Assembly: GCA_050575255.1 (NCBI GenBank)
Contig: JBNZDD010013678.1
Location: 3,986,690-4,050,689 of the forward strand
DNA from: Harriotta raleighana
Lineage: Eukaryota
Direction: 5' to 3'
Length of the DNA stretch: 64,000 bases
Made by a program: the position numbers and the translations under genes
Shown here: positions 12,761 to 24,712 of the stretch, in pieces
How positions within the stretch are numbered: position 1 is the first letter of the stretch
How the letters are laid out: each line of letters starts with the position of its first letter
The notes under the pieces: model-generated
The model's input: the letters and a program-made list of their open reading frames with translations, nothing else
Databases searched by the model: none
What the model was told of the DNA's origin: nothing

Positions 12761-13169
12761 GTGTATTACCTGGTCAAGAAATTCAGGGACAGCCCTAACA
12801 GTGAAAATCGCCAGTGCCTTTTAACTGTTTTGCCACAGGGATCCAAAAGGGATATCTTCACACTATATTTGCTGCACACTTCTCTGTTGAGAAGTTCTAT
12901 CATTGCTTACATTTCAACAGCAAACTGTACAATTGAGCCAGTGGTATATTTTGAGCTAGTGATTGTGTTAGTGTCCTGCCGGGTATTCCCCAAGTTGAAG
13001 GGTTGTTGTTTCTAGGGGAAACAGAAGGTCCCACTGCCTGTTTTATCAGATTGACCCCGATGGATTTTTAAGATTTCAAGGAGTCTCTGCTGTTGTAGTT
13101 TCCATGGGATCATTGCTCTTAAGCAATGACACAAATCTGCTGTCAGCACAAGTGCCAAAGCATAAACTT

Positions 13170-13505
13170 GTCTAGTGGCTCACTTGGCGAGTGCACCGCC
13201 AGTGTGTAACTCAGCCAGTCAGACTGCAAAAAAATGGCAGGTTCAATTCCCTGTCTGTGCTGAGTTGGCTGATCTTAGCTGCGACAGTAGTCAGAGTGTC
13301 GGAGGTGGTGTCAGCACTTTTGTGCTTGCTGTGATAACCCCCAACGGCTGAACGGCCTGCAGACACTTGCTGCTTAGACTACACAGGAAGGCAGGCTGCT
13401 TGGGCAAGTTACTGGAGGAAAGCCAACGTCTGTGGAACTGTGCTCCCAACATACGTCAGCGCCTTCAGCAGAGGAAGAGAGTACGTTGGGAGGCAAATGA
13501 AAAGG
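13170..13505 (+). mobile_element. Ancient tRNA-derived SINE, head-to-tail copy with an internal deletion (AmnSINE2-like)
   Basis: A-box-like TAGTGGCTCACTTGG and B-box GGTTCAATTCC, then CTGTGCTGAGTTGGCTGATC, ending GTGGAACTGT...GTCAGCGCCTTCAGCAGAGGA. Other fragments of this family occur in the window. Confidence 0.65.
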
Positions 13506-14682
13506 ACAGAGTGCAAGGTGACTCCCCATCTGATTTCCCTTTCCTCCCTGCGGGTTCAGCTAAGTCTATCTACCTGATGGTAACGAAGAGATCAGGAAGT
13601 TGCGTGGGTGAGTAGCTCTAACCGAGCCCATCAATGGAAGGTACAGCGATGAAATTTCAAGCAGGAAATTAGAGTGCAAACTCCACCCTGCGTGTTATTT
13701 GAATTCATATTCTTCCTGTGAGAGAGGCTTGTCAGTCTTTGACAAGGCCATTAAAGTGTGGCGGTGCTGTTAGTGCAGAGGAATGCTCCCCTTCGAAGGT
13801 AGGGAGGCACATTGATGAACTACTGACCAACACAGAGTGACACCGGGAGTGGCAAGTAGCAGTATGAAATTAGATCAACAGGGATCTTTTGTTTGAGGAG
13901 CGAGAGGATAGAGATAGGGCAGGAATTGTAGTAAAATCACTGACAGACAAACAGTATTAACTGCACTGAAGGACTTCATTGTGCTGTGAAGCAACGTGAA
14001 CGGCTGCTGGTGATGAGGTTAAATGCCATTGTTTAAAAGAGGAAATGCGCTCATTTACCAAACTCGTGAATCTGGGTTGCTCAGGGCGTGACTTGCATGT
14101 TGCAATCTCGCAGGTAATGCAGCAGCTGTGACCTTGTCCTCGGAGTTAAAACTCCAGTGCAGAAAAGTATTCTTTAAAATATAGTTCTTCCTCTGCTCTG
14201 TTAGAATACATTGCCTTCAACCACACAGCACTTAGTAATCTTTGGGGCCATGTGGCCGACTGATGCTGGAGATGTCAAGCCTTTGACCCATCAAGCAACA
14301 CACCTCACAGGAAGTCACATCCATGGTTCCTGTTGCCATGGCATCCTGCATCCTGCATGCTTGATGCTTTCCAACCATAAGTTCATTTGCTGAGGTCCGA
14401 ACAAATTAACCTCTGCTAGGCACACTGGAAAAGTCCTGAGTAAAGCTTTCTACTGGCGATTATTTTCTTTTTGTTTAACTGTACCTCATGATACACACAG
14501 TGGGCTGGCTCCATTTAATGTTGCAATACTCAGGCACGTTTACTGGTCTAAATATTTACCAGCAGCAATGCAGAGCAGGGCTTTTTCTCCATCTAGATTT
14601 TCCTTCTTCCTTCTCACTCAGTACTGAATGGTGTCTTACACAATTTTGCCTGCTGTCCCAGACAGTACCGACCACTGTCTTC

Positions 14683-14942
14683 GAACAAGAACAATAAATT
14701 ACATTTGTACAGCGCCTTTCACATTGGGAGGGTGTTCCAAAGCACTGGACAGTCAAGAATTTGCATCGAAGTTTTGGGTTAGGATCAGGAGCGGTGGAGG
14801 GCAAGGAGGGTGGGGCTCGGAGGGTGACGAATCCGCGGTAGAAGAAAATGGGCCTTGAAGAAAGCAAGGGAAGTGGCGAGGTGAAGGGACTATGGGATGG
14901 AGTTCTAAAGGGTGGGAGCAGGAAGGCTGAAAGAACTCCCAT
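14683..14942 (-). mobile_element. L2 3' end
   Basis: Reverse complement of the L2 tail (AACAAGAACAATAAATTACATTTGTACAGCGCCTTTCAC). The ORF remnant AFLLPPFRT matches CTTTCAGCCT...CTGC.CCCAC at 528-550. Confidence 0.8.
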
Positions 14943-17509
14943 AACACTGCCTGCTCTGGGGGTTATGGGCAGAAGTTATGAGTATGGTTTAGTTTCCTCT
15001 GAGAAGGCCAGCAGGGACAGGACTTATTTTCATTCTAGGACCACCCAGATAGACCTTGGAGGAGTTTCTCCATCCTCTACATTGCTATGTTCTACGCTTT
15101 AGTGTTTAGCTCTTACTGTGCATCTGAGCTATTGTGTTCTTGGGATGAGAACACTATACACAATTTTATCCCCGTAAAACTGGCAACACAGATGTGTTTT
15201 GCAACCCTGGTGGCAATAATGACATGAAATCTGACAGTAACATCAACCTGGTGGCATGCTGGTTGAACAGTAAATGAAGGTAGAGGTCAGATCTCTGTGG
15301 AGTGGGGAAACTTCCCCTCTGGAAATTCTAGCAGATAGTCAGTGGTGAATGAGGTCAACTGGGAACTAGAGTTAACACAACAACCAAAACTGCTAAACTT
15401 TAAGAAAAATCTGGTTTGGCCAGAGTTTCATCAGGTTTATAAAATTAAACACATTTGAAAAATTTTCTTTGCATTTTGCTCCACCGTTTGCTCTGACTGG
15501 ATGACCAGAACAGATAGACAGGCTCTTTTGTACGACCTGGCTATTTCGTCATTCCTGGCTAGCGCACAGGAATCAGAAATACTGCCAATTGCTGACATTC
15601 CTCAAACACTCGGGATTTTGTGCACCATATTTTGAGTCAGTGCTCCTCATTGAGAATTTGTTTTTCAAATAATTAAGTAATTGCAGTGTTTTCACAGTGT
15701 TTTCAGCGCTCTGTGATTGAAGACTATCCTACTCTTTTAGAATAAGTGAGCAGTGGAGAGTCCAGGTGGGTAAATGGCTTGGGGCTATTTCCTTCCAGTT
15801 TCAGTTTTATGGCCTGACTCAGACTTCAGCTCAATCCACTAACTGGGGGCAGTTCATTGCCTGTTGAGGTTTTGCTGTGCAAATGGTTCCTGGGATTGAC
15901 TGCTTTTATCCGAGCTCCAATGAAAGGCATGACAATGTTACCCTAAGACATCAAATGTGGAAAGTAATTAACCAGAGCATATTTTGGTTTTCAGATCAAG
16001 TTAATATTTTACCAGTGGAGCTCTTAAAAAGCAGACGTTAGTAACCTACGCTAATTGCCACAACCAGAGATCTATGGAGTGGATTAAAGCCCATTTGTCA
16101 GCCATTAATTGTTGACTGGATAACTTGAACAGTAACGCGTATTTACAAGAACATAAATATTCATCAATATTAAGTAATAACAGCGATTCTCCACTGTGCG
16201 AAAGGGCATGGAGCTGCACTTGATTTTTTCAAGTATACTTAAGCAGAAATATGTTTGTTGTATCTGTTCATTTATCCACAGTATGAATGTATTGTTGAAG
16301 TGGTGGGGGGGTTTGGGAGAGAGACAGTGGCTATAAATATCACATGGGTTGGAGGATATCACCAATTTGCTACTACCACACCCATAATGGTGGAGCCAGG
16401 GAAGTGAGGTGTTCTTGCTATGAATGCAACTGTTGCTGTGAGGTTAGGAGAGATGTTGTTGAATGAATTATGTTTTGGATTTACTTCCAGTTTGTCATTA
16501 CATGTGATTTATTATCTGGGAGTCCCTTGATAGAGGAATTCTCATGTCAGAGTAACACAACAGCCCTGTAACTTGGGCTGGTCTTTGCTCCAGAAATTGG
16601 CAGTTTGCAGCAATGCCCTGGTGAAACAAGATCCATGTCAGTTCCAGTAACCCTTCCCATCTTTGAAGTCTGTTGCAGCGAGGACTGGAGCTGTGAAGGT
16701 CTTGTACAAAGTGGGCTCCTCTCAGTTGGGGTGAACCCTTGTTCAAGTACCCGACCTCTGGTGTTGCAATCATGGGCATTCTTTTTCTTAACTGCAAATC
16801 ATTAAAGAAATCAAACCAATAGCAAGGAGCAGAAGTTGTGCGCAGCTCTGTCCTGGAAAAGTCTGTTTGCTGAAATGTCTCTAAATTACATGGTAGTGGA
16901 ATAAATGTAGCCAGTGCAAATGCTCTACATCTTGAGCCTTGAGGGAATCATCCTTTGACAGGGCTGCAAACGGCTACTTTTACGATAGTTAAGACATTGA
17001 TTTTAAACTTTCCTGCATGAAGATGTAGGACACTATGACAAAAATCTCATAAGACAATCTTGCCTTTGTGAAAATTGTGTTTTTTTTGGTTTGGCACGAC
17101 TGATCAACCAAATAAGCCCAAGAACCACATAAGGAAACTGCTGGTGAGGAGAAAATTGTGGCCAGATGCCTGGAATTCCATTTACTCTTAACCCACAAGA
17201 CCAATTTGTCTTACGATTTATGACTGTGTGAATTTGTGATTCACTCTTCATTTGGAAAGGTTTTAAATCGAGTCTTCATTTGGAAGCAGGTTATTCCAAG
17301 CTGGTTTTCAAAATAAAACTGAATTTGAAATGTTTTCCTAATTTTGCCCAATCTTAAAAATTTAAGTCATAATGAGCTAATTGGATTATAAGAAGTCTGA
17401 GTACCTGAACTACATTTCACTTTTAACAAGCCGATAACATGCTCCTTTGGGTCATGTGAATATAAATAATAAAATAGGGTAAAGTCTGACCAGAATTGAA
17501 ACAAATCAC

Positions 17510-17625
17510 CTAAAGACCTTCCGCTTTGATCATGCTTACAGTCACCTCTCTCCTCCCTCTCCCCCAGTTCAGGGTCAAACTCTGCCACTCTGTCCCATGT
17601 GAAGGGCGCTGTATAAATGCATAAC
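17510..17625 (+). mobile_element. L2 3' tail fragment
   Basis: CTAAAGACCTTCCGCTTTGATCATGC matches 616-640 and is followed by GTGAAGGGCGCTGTATAAATGCA. Confidence 0.7.
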
Positions 17626-18986
17626 ACTGTATAAGTGTTGTTAAAAAAATTTGATCTGCTTTTCAACCTCTAAGTTACTATTTGAGTTTAGAAATACCCA
17701 GTTTGTTTTTAATCGTTTCTCCTGCAGTCCCTGCCAACTTTGTTTTCAAAGGTTGAATAAATATACTTTATGACCTTGGCTGGTGAATGCCAGTGGTGGC
17801 TGCAGCAATGCAGAGTTAAGCTCCTGATTCAGTCACACACTCTGTGCAAAGCCTTTGAAACAAAAGTTGGCAGAGGGTTTGGAACAGTCTGGACATTACT
17901 CCACTGCTATTAATGGGCTTTGTACCAATGGAGGTCTTACGTTCTTGCACACAAATAATAGAACATCAGTATTTGGTACAGCATCAATGCAATATTTTGT
18001 TTTTCACACAGAAAATTTTGTTTCCATTTTCAACACTTTCTTGAATCGGTGCATGGCTCAGTTAAGAGCATTAGGCAATCATTCACGGAGGTACCCACTT
18101 TTTGAATCTCAATGCAGTGTGTTATCCCCTTGCGGGGCACTGAAATATTTGTCTTATCTTTTGTCACATTGGTTAAAGATGTCTACCATCTCCCAGTGGT
18201 TATTGGCCGTATTTTGCTTCTCTGATGTGGCCACTTCCACATCGATGAATGAACTTGCGGTTTCATACAATAAATAGCACATAGACAGCAAAATCACTCG
18301 CTTTGTGTGATCTGACTTGCATATTTTCTGCACATGTTATTGTGTAGATGTATTATCATCTATCATGCACACACATCACATCGGCAGCATGTACCCTGCT
18401 TCATCCTTGTTTGAGTTTCCAGTGTGTGTATGTGTATATGGACACCCAGTAAAGCATTACCATTTCAATTGGTTGATGGAAGTAAAATTTTGTTGCTGAA
18501 ATGTTACTGATGTGTAGGAAAACTTACTGCTGGTAATTTGCAGAGCAATTATATAATGAATATAAAATGTGCAAACAGTATATAGGTAAACAATGTTCTG
18601 TGTATATTGTATCTACTCCGAGTATCTTTTTTATTATAGAGTGGTCATTTCTGTCTCAATGGTCACACCTATGACCATAGATCAATTTGGGATGAACAGC
18701 ACTGACATACAGCTTGCTGCCCATTGGGAAAGGGTGGTCTGACCTGAAAAAGATACAGTGAACTATTCATTGCTGGAAGTGGTTGATTTTATCTCCTTGC
18801 ATTATGTGTGGGAATGACGTGTACTTGATGTGCTTGTACAGTAATTCATCTCATTATCCACAGTGCGCAATTTCACACCCAAGAGCGTTTTTGTTTAACT
18901 CCAGTTCTCTTTGCCTTACATTCACTCGTCTCAATCCTTTTTTTAATGAGGATACAATCTGGCACGCAGAGTTTTTTTTTAGCTTG

Positions 18987-19430
18987 CTGGCGTCAGCCTG
19001 GCTCTGTTTGTAGTTACTCTCACCTCTGAGTCACAAGGTTGTAGGTTCAAGCCCCATGTTGGGACTTGAACTCACCCTGTCTAGCCTGACTCGTCAATGT
19101 GTTGTTCGACGTGTGCTACATTGTTGGAGATGCCATCGTTTGGATGACAGGAAAACTGAGGTCCTGCCTTGCTTAGAAGAGTGATAATGATCCCAGAACT
19201 CCACTCAAAAAGTGAAAGGTGCTTCTGTTGCACTGGCCAATATTCCCCCAGCTCAAATTGGGCATGGCTGTTTGTGTGACACAGCTGTGTGCAAACTGGC
19301 TGCTGTGTTCTCTTACAAAATATAGTCAGTATAATTTACATAAATCCTGTGAAGGGTTTTGAAGGTGGAAATCCTGTGAAGGGTTTCACCTGACGTGAAA
19401 GGTGCCATATCAAATACCACCATTATTATT
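18987..19430 (+). mobile_element. Older Deu-domain SINE (SacSINE1-like), near full length
   Basis: tRNA-like head (CCTGGCTCTGTT...CTCACCTCTGAGTCACAAGGTTGTAGGTTCAAGCCC), Deu core (CTGGCCAATATT...GCTGTTTGTG..ACA..GCTGTGTGCAAACTGGCTGC) and L2-type tail (GACGTGAAAGGTGCCATATCAAAT). Confidence 0.75.
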
Positions 19431-20829
19431 GTTGATAAACACGACTGATCCTGGCATCTGAACATTCTGACCTAATTTCCATCAGCAATTCTTGCATTCA
19501 GATATATGTAGTGATTTACTAGCTGCCAATGTGAATTTTCCACCCCAATCTACTCCAACGGAAACTTTTCTGCATAGACTTCGAACCAAATAGTCACTTA
19601 CTAGGCTTATTACACCAGCAGTTTGCCTTTCCAGGCTCATGATGAACGTTTCTATTGTAAGTGCAAACTTCCCCTAAGCTTCAAACAGGACAGGTTTAAA
19701 ATGCCACAGTCTGTAAGGCACAAAGAAAACATTGTTAATGCTTGAAATATAGGTTCGATTTATAATATAACACACTTTTACAACATTACTTTTCCATTAT
19801 TGTCCCCAACCAATGGCTCTTTCATTCATTGCCGAGTGCTAACATTTCATAATGTAAATCTTGTCAGCACCATAATATTATGGCATAGCTATGAATGGCC
19901 ATATTTTTTAAAAATGTCTGTGTGGAAATTTATGGGTGTGGAAAGTCATTTATATGAAGCCACCTGCTACACATTATGTTAATTAAGCCAAGACCTGCAG
20001 TATAAAAGGGGTCGCATGGGAGAGACTGTACAAGACACACTCAGGTAGTGCTGCCAGTCGCTGGCTGATCTGTTGTTTTTATGTGCAATGGGGGGAAAAA
20101 AAATCCTATTATAGTGAAGAAAAGGCAAGTCAGGATGCATAAATAATGATACAGATGATTCTTTTATTTCAAATGGGAATTTATTTTAAAATGTACTGTG
20201 GTAAGTTGATTAAAAATTAAATGAATTACATTGTAAAGTTTGGCAAGGGTTTTGAACAACATACTGGTGTTGAGCTATATCATTCAGTCTCAACCACCAA
20301 CACACATTTGCTTTTAAGAACATGCATATATTCACTTTAATGGTTATTGTACAATGTGAATGACAGCAGACGAGTCTCCTAAATAAAATAATGGCTCATG
20401 GTTTAATAGGTGGAGGTTTTATTAGGTTGTTGAAGAGTTTTTTTTCTTGAGCGAATCACTGGTGTTTTGTATTTTGTTTTGGTCTTTGCAGCACTTCAAT
20501 ATACTCAGCTTTGGTCACTTTGAAATCTCGAAGACACTTTGAAATCTTTAACTGTTGGCAATTGTACACTGTTCAATTTATTGCACGTATTTCTTTGGTT
20601 ATATGTTATTGGAACACTCAACATTTCAGTATATGTCTGTTGTATGTCTGCTTTTAAAACCCTTTCCCACTGTGTGCTTACCATTTCCATAGGTGCTAAA
20701 TTCTAAGCAGTAAAATTTAAAGCAGTAAAAAGTGAATAATGCAACTGACTGACAATTGATTGTTGTAACTTTCCACCAGTTGATGTGGCTTGGTAATATT
20801 TTCTTGTAGAAGTGTTTTTAAAAAATATA

Positions 20830-20928
20830 TACGCAGTCAATTTACTTTAAAATATATTGTGAAGCACTTTGAGATGTCTCAAAGACATGATAAGGCGCTA
20901 TATTAAAATGCAAGGATTATTATTATTA
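20830..20928 (+). mobile_element. Young SINE 3' fragment
   Basis: GTGAAGCACTTTGAGATGTCTC...GGCGCTATATTAAAATGCAAGGATTATTATTA. Confidence 0.8.
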
Positions 20929-21179
20929 GGTAGCATATTGTCACCAAGTGTAACTACATTTTGTTTCTTTCTATAAATGGTTTATCTTTTGTTTATTATC
21001 TTTGAATTTACCAGTGACTCATTTACAGTGCAGGGAGAACAATTCCTCCATATATTCCCAAAACAAAGGCACATTCTGTCTACATCAGACCAGCACCTAA
21101 CCCCACACATTCGATAATATCTTGTCCATATTTGACCAACAGATAGATTCTGGCCTCACACACTGGTACCATATAGAGT

Positions 21180-21390
21180 TCCCCTAGGTTTACCCTAACC
21201 CTCTTTTCACATAGAGGTGGAAAAGTTCACTCTTCCACCTAGTGGCCTGACTGTGAACTGAGCATCTCAGACATGCTCTTGAGTTTGGCATTAAATCAAT
21301 GCCTATGGAATGAATGGGAAGAACATTGAAAATCAAAGTTTATCTACTTGAGGTGAAAATTTAGTTAGGAATCCATTACTTTCACCTAGA
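21180..21390. repeat. Degenerate palindromic element (probable ancient MITE)
   Basis: Two related hairpins, AGGTGGAA/TTCCACCT (21215-21240) and AGGTGAAA/TTTCACCT (21351-21387). The left and right arms are imperfect reverse complements. Confidence 0.45.
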
Positions 21391-21779
21391 TTTGGTTTGC
21401 TGCAGTTCCTCTTAAAGTAACAACGCACTGTTTAGTGTCAAATTACAGTTCTGTACATCTGTGTTTGTCTGAAAAGAGGGAAGCCAGTTCCACTGTGATT
21501 CAGATCAATCTAATTAAAAGTTGCTTGCAGATTAATGGTACAACAGCAACAAAACAAATTGACAACATGTACAGGGTGTTTTTCCGAAACTAAATGTACA
21601 TAACTAGCCCTGAATTTCCAAGGATGCCTTGGCTCTTACAATCAACTGAGGTGCACAGAAATTAAGTGTCCTGACAACAACAACAACTTGCATTTATATA
21701 TTCTAATCTATCTACATCTACTGCAGTCTTTCTATGACTACACTGTGGCATCCTGTTACATGTTTATATTTTGCTCAGA

Positions 21780-22330
21780 TAACCATCATAATGTTCTCTC
21801 TTCCACACCTTTTCATTTCAAGACTTGATTTCTCTGACCGATTTATCTGAACCCTTCACAAGTTCCAGAACATCCAGAAATCTCCAGCCCACATTCTCTC
21901 CAGCACCAGTCTTTGTGAGCCCAACACTCCTATCCTTCCCAGGCATCACTAGTTCCTACCCAATTTACTTTCAGATCCTCATTCTAACCTTCAGATACTT
22001 CCACGCCCATTCCCATCCTACCTCTATGATTTTCCACAATTGTACTCCACTGACCACACCTTCCATTCTGTTAATTCAGTTCTGCTCACATTTTCCCCCA
22101 CCAGCCCTCTGCCCTAGTTTGATGAGCTTTTGGCAACTTCCCCCACATCCTCCTCCCCCATTTTCTGGAATTCTCTCCCTAAATCCCGCCACCTAAAATT
22201 CACCCCCTCAGTTCTCCAAACCACTTAACAACCTTTGCCTGTAACTTCAGCGAGCCCGCTATCTACCACTCCCACTATTATCACATGTTTTCTTATGTGA
22301 AGGGCACTACACTGAAGTATATAAGCGCAA
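21780..22330 (+). mobile_element. Degraded L2 ORF2 C-terminus and tail
   Basis: Frameshifted translation ISRLDF...KFQNIQKSPAHIL...TPILPRHH*FLP...FQILILTFRYFH matches the L2 SRLDY...LQ.IQN.AAR.L...TP.L..LHWLP...FKIL.LT.K.LH pattern. Confidence 0.8.
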
Positions 22331-22499
22331 AACTGCTACGTCACACAAAATCAGAAGTGGCTGCAGTTCACATTTCAGTGCTGGTTACCTTTGCATCAAG
22401 GTGTGTGGGAAATTGTGCTGTAAGAAAACTCTATGAATATTCCCGACTCCTGAAAAGAGACATTGTGGGAAACAGGGTTTGTACTGAATCTGATCATCA

Positions 22500-22850
22500 T
22501 CTACATTGTGTTCTTTGGTGGACTTGTCCACCTGTATACCTCCCTTTAACGATCTTTACCAGATTCTCCTCTTCTTAAATCTTCTCTTAAATTTCTGTTT
22601 GAGTGAAAACAACCCCAATTTTTAGAGCACATCTGCATACGAATAATCTCTCACACCCCAAATCATCCTTATAAACTATCTCTGTATTCTGATTTTTACA
22701 AATACATAATGAAGCATCCAGGACTGCTCAAAGGACTCCCAACTATAGCCTAGCCAAGGAGTGATATAAAATTAACATCACCAACTTGCCTTTGTTTTAA
22801 ATACCCCTATATGTGAAACTTAAAATTCCATTTGCTTTGGCGTGGCTTTT
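22500..22850 (-). mobile_element. Degraded CR1 RT C-terminal fragment
   Basis: Colinear with 49300-49620 (ATCATCCTTATAAAC, CAGGACTGCTCAAAGGACTCC, ATACCCCTATATGTGAAAC). Confidence 0.7.
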
Positions 22851-24121
22851 TTTTGTAGATCTACACAAATCTATTTGAATTTTAATACAACAGTGAACTT
22901 CTGAACTCCAATGAGCCAACCTCACTGTTAACAGCAATTTACCTTCATGGTCAGGACTTTGTTTGCACTCAAAGAATCACAGAGTTAGTCTAGAGTTGGC
23001 ACCAGGCAAACAAAGACTTTTAGACTCCCTGTCAGTACTAGCCATGCATCTCAAAGTGTTAGGGTGTCACTGGGTTGGCATCCTTGTTGTCCTGACTCAA
23101 AGATCAAAGCTTTGTTACTGAGTAAACAGGATAGAGCTTCAGATTTTTCAAGTGGAGTCATGTGGAGTGACTCATGTAAGTGGGAATTAAAGATGCTGGT
23201 CAGAGCTCAGTTGATACAATTGCTTGGTGGAGATTCTTAGACTTGCAGCACTACCTAGTGGACAAGATGCTAAACTCTGCTGTTATGAGGAGAAAAAAAG
23301 TGTCACTTTGCCACATTGGCTTGCATCAAGCCTGGTAATAAAATAAACAATCATAGCCAGATTTTCGTAACTGAATGTCTTTTCCCTATTCTCTGATTAA
23401 ACTGTACTGTATAATATTGCCCAGTCCCACAGTCTCTATAATTTTATGCCAACCACATGGTTGGGGTCGCTTCACTGTCTAATCCGTGCTAATTTGGTTT
23501 TATTGGAGGTTGGAGAGCCTGTTATTTGCAGCATTGGTGGGACAGTAAATTTTGTGGGTTTGTGCTCTTTCGTTTTATTTGACTTTTTTAACACTTCGTA
23601 AAATTTAACTGGTGCACTCTGTGTTTACAAGTCCACAGAAGTACTGGCAGCTCGTCAGAGGTCTTGTTTTATTATGATACCCAGTGAAATATCACCAGGC
23701 TTCGGATAATCATGCCAAGAACTGTATGAAAAAACAGAGATTATTTGACACTGTCTTCTTGCTGATAAGTTACGTGCTGGATAGGTACAGTGTAATAGAA
23801 CACCAAGTCCCAGAGTGAAAAGAGAAAGTATTTAACAGTGACTGGAATTAAATGGCAGGAAATTCTTTGAAATTTTAGATATCGAATCACTATTTTGGAC
23901 TAATTCTGACTATTGTGCCATGAATCAGTTTGAAAGATTTGTCCCAGTGACATTCCATAGCACACAGGAGATTCCATGTTACTGGTCAGAAAACATGCTC
24001 CCTTCCTTCTCTCCCAAATGTTTCGTCATTTCATGCTTTTGGTGCAAAAGCCCATTTGTGACTCCGTAGGATAGCAATCCCACAACTGGAGAGCCAGTTG
24101 CCAGCTCTGTTGTTGAAGTCC

Positions 24122-24260
24122 CATCAGACTAAACCTGATCATGTTGGTGACATTCAATCTAGTTCAGAGTCAGGCCAGCATAAAGTGACATTTGNTCATC
24201 AGACTAAACCTGGTGACATTCAATCTAGTTCAGAGTCAGGCCAGCATAAAGTGACATTTG
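24122..24260. repeat. Duplication flanking single N at 24195 (probable assembly artefact)
   Basis: 24122-24194 and 24197-24260 are identical except for a 9-bp indel (ATCATGTTG). Confidence 0.85.
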
Positions 24261-24429
24261 AAAGTTAGTTCTTCGATGAAGTATGAATCATGGGTCATGT
24301 CACTCTGTGGTATGTGACATCTCAATATCCACCCATTGGTACAAGTCCAATTATACATGAGGTACCTAATCTAAAGGTGTTTCATGTAGCTGTGATGCAC
24401 TGCATATGGAGATGATCAGTGCTTGTTGT

Positions 24430-24512
24430 ATCTGTATTCTATGAAGCGCTTTGAAGTGCTCTGAGATGCCGTCTGGCGTGGAGGGCGCTATATAAATCGA
24501 AGTTGTTATTGT
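24430..24512 (+). mobile_element. L2/SINE 3' tail
   Basis: GAAGCGCTTTGAAGTGCTCTGAGATG...GGCGTGGAGGGCGCTATATAAATC..GTTGTTATTG. Confidence 0.65.
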
Positions 24513-24639
24513 CTATAATTGTTGAACATAATAATCCCTCCATAATAAATGGGCCATTGAAGAGGAAAAATAAATCACAAACAATTTTTAAATATTTCTC
24601 CATTGTTTACCTGGGTAATATTAATAAATACTACTGTAC

Positions 24640-24712
24640 TAATAATTCTTGCACTTAATATAGCGCCTTATCACATCTTCGGGACATCTGAAAGGGCTTC
24701 ACAGAATATACT
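24640..24712 (-). mobile_element. Young SINE 3' fragment
   Basis: AATAATTCTTGCACTTAATATAGCGCCTTATCAC...CTTCACAGAATATACTG. Confidence 0.75.

Noticed and set aside
17855-18277. 140-aa ORF
   Set aside because: Non-ATG start, no recognisable domain and no convincing splice donor. The length is compatible with chance in 64 kb.
24122-24260. Direct repeats that might suggest a CRISPR-like or tandem array
   Set aside because: Only two copies around an N, no spacers, and a eukaryotic context. Best explained as an assembly overlap.
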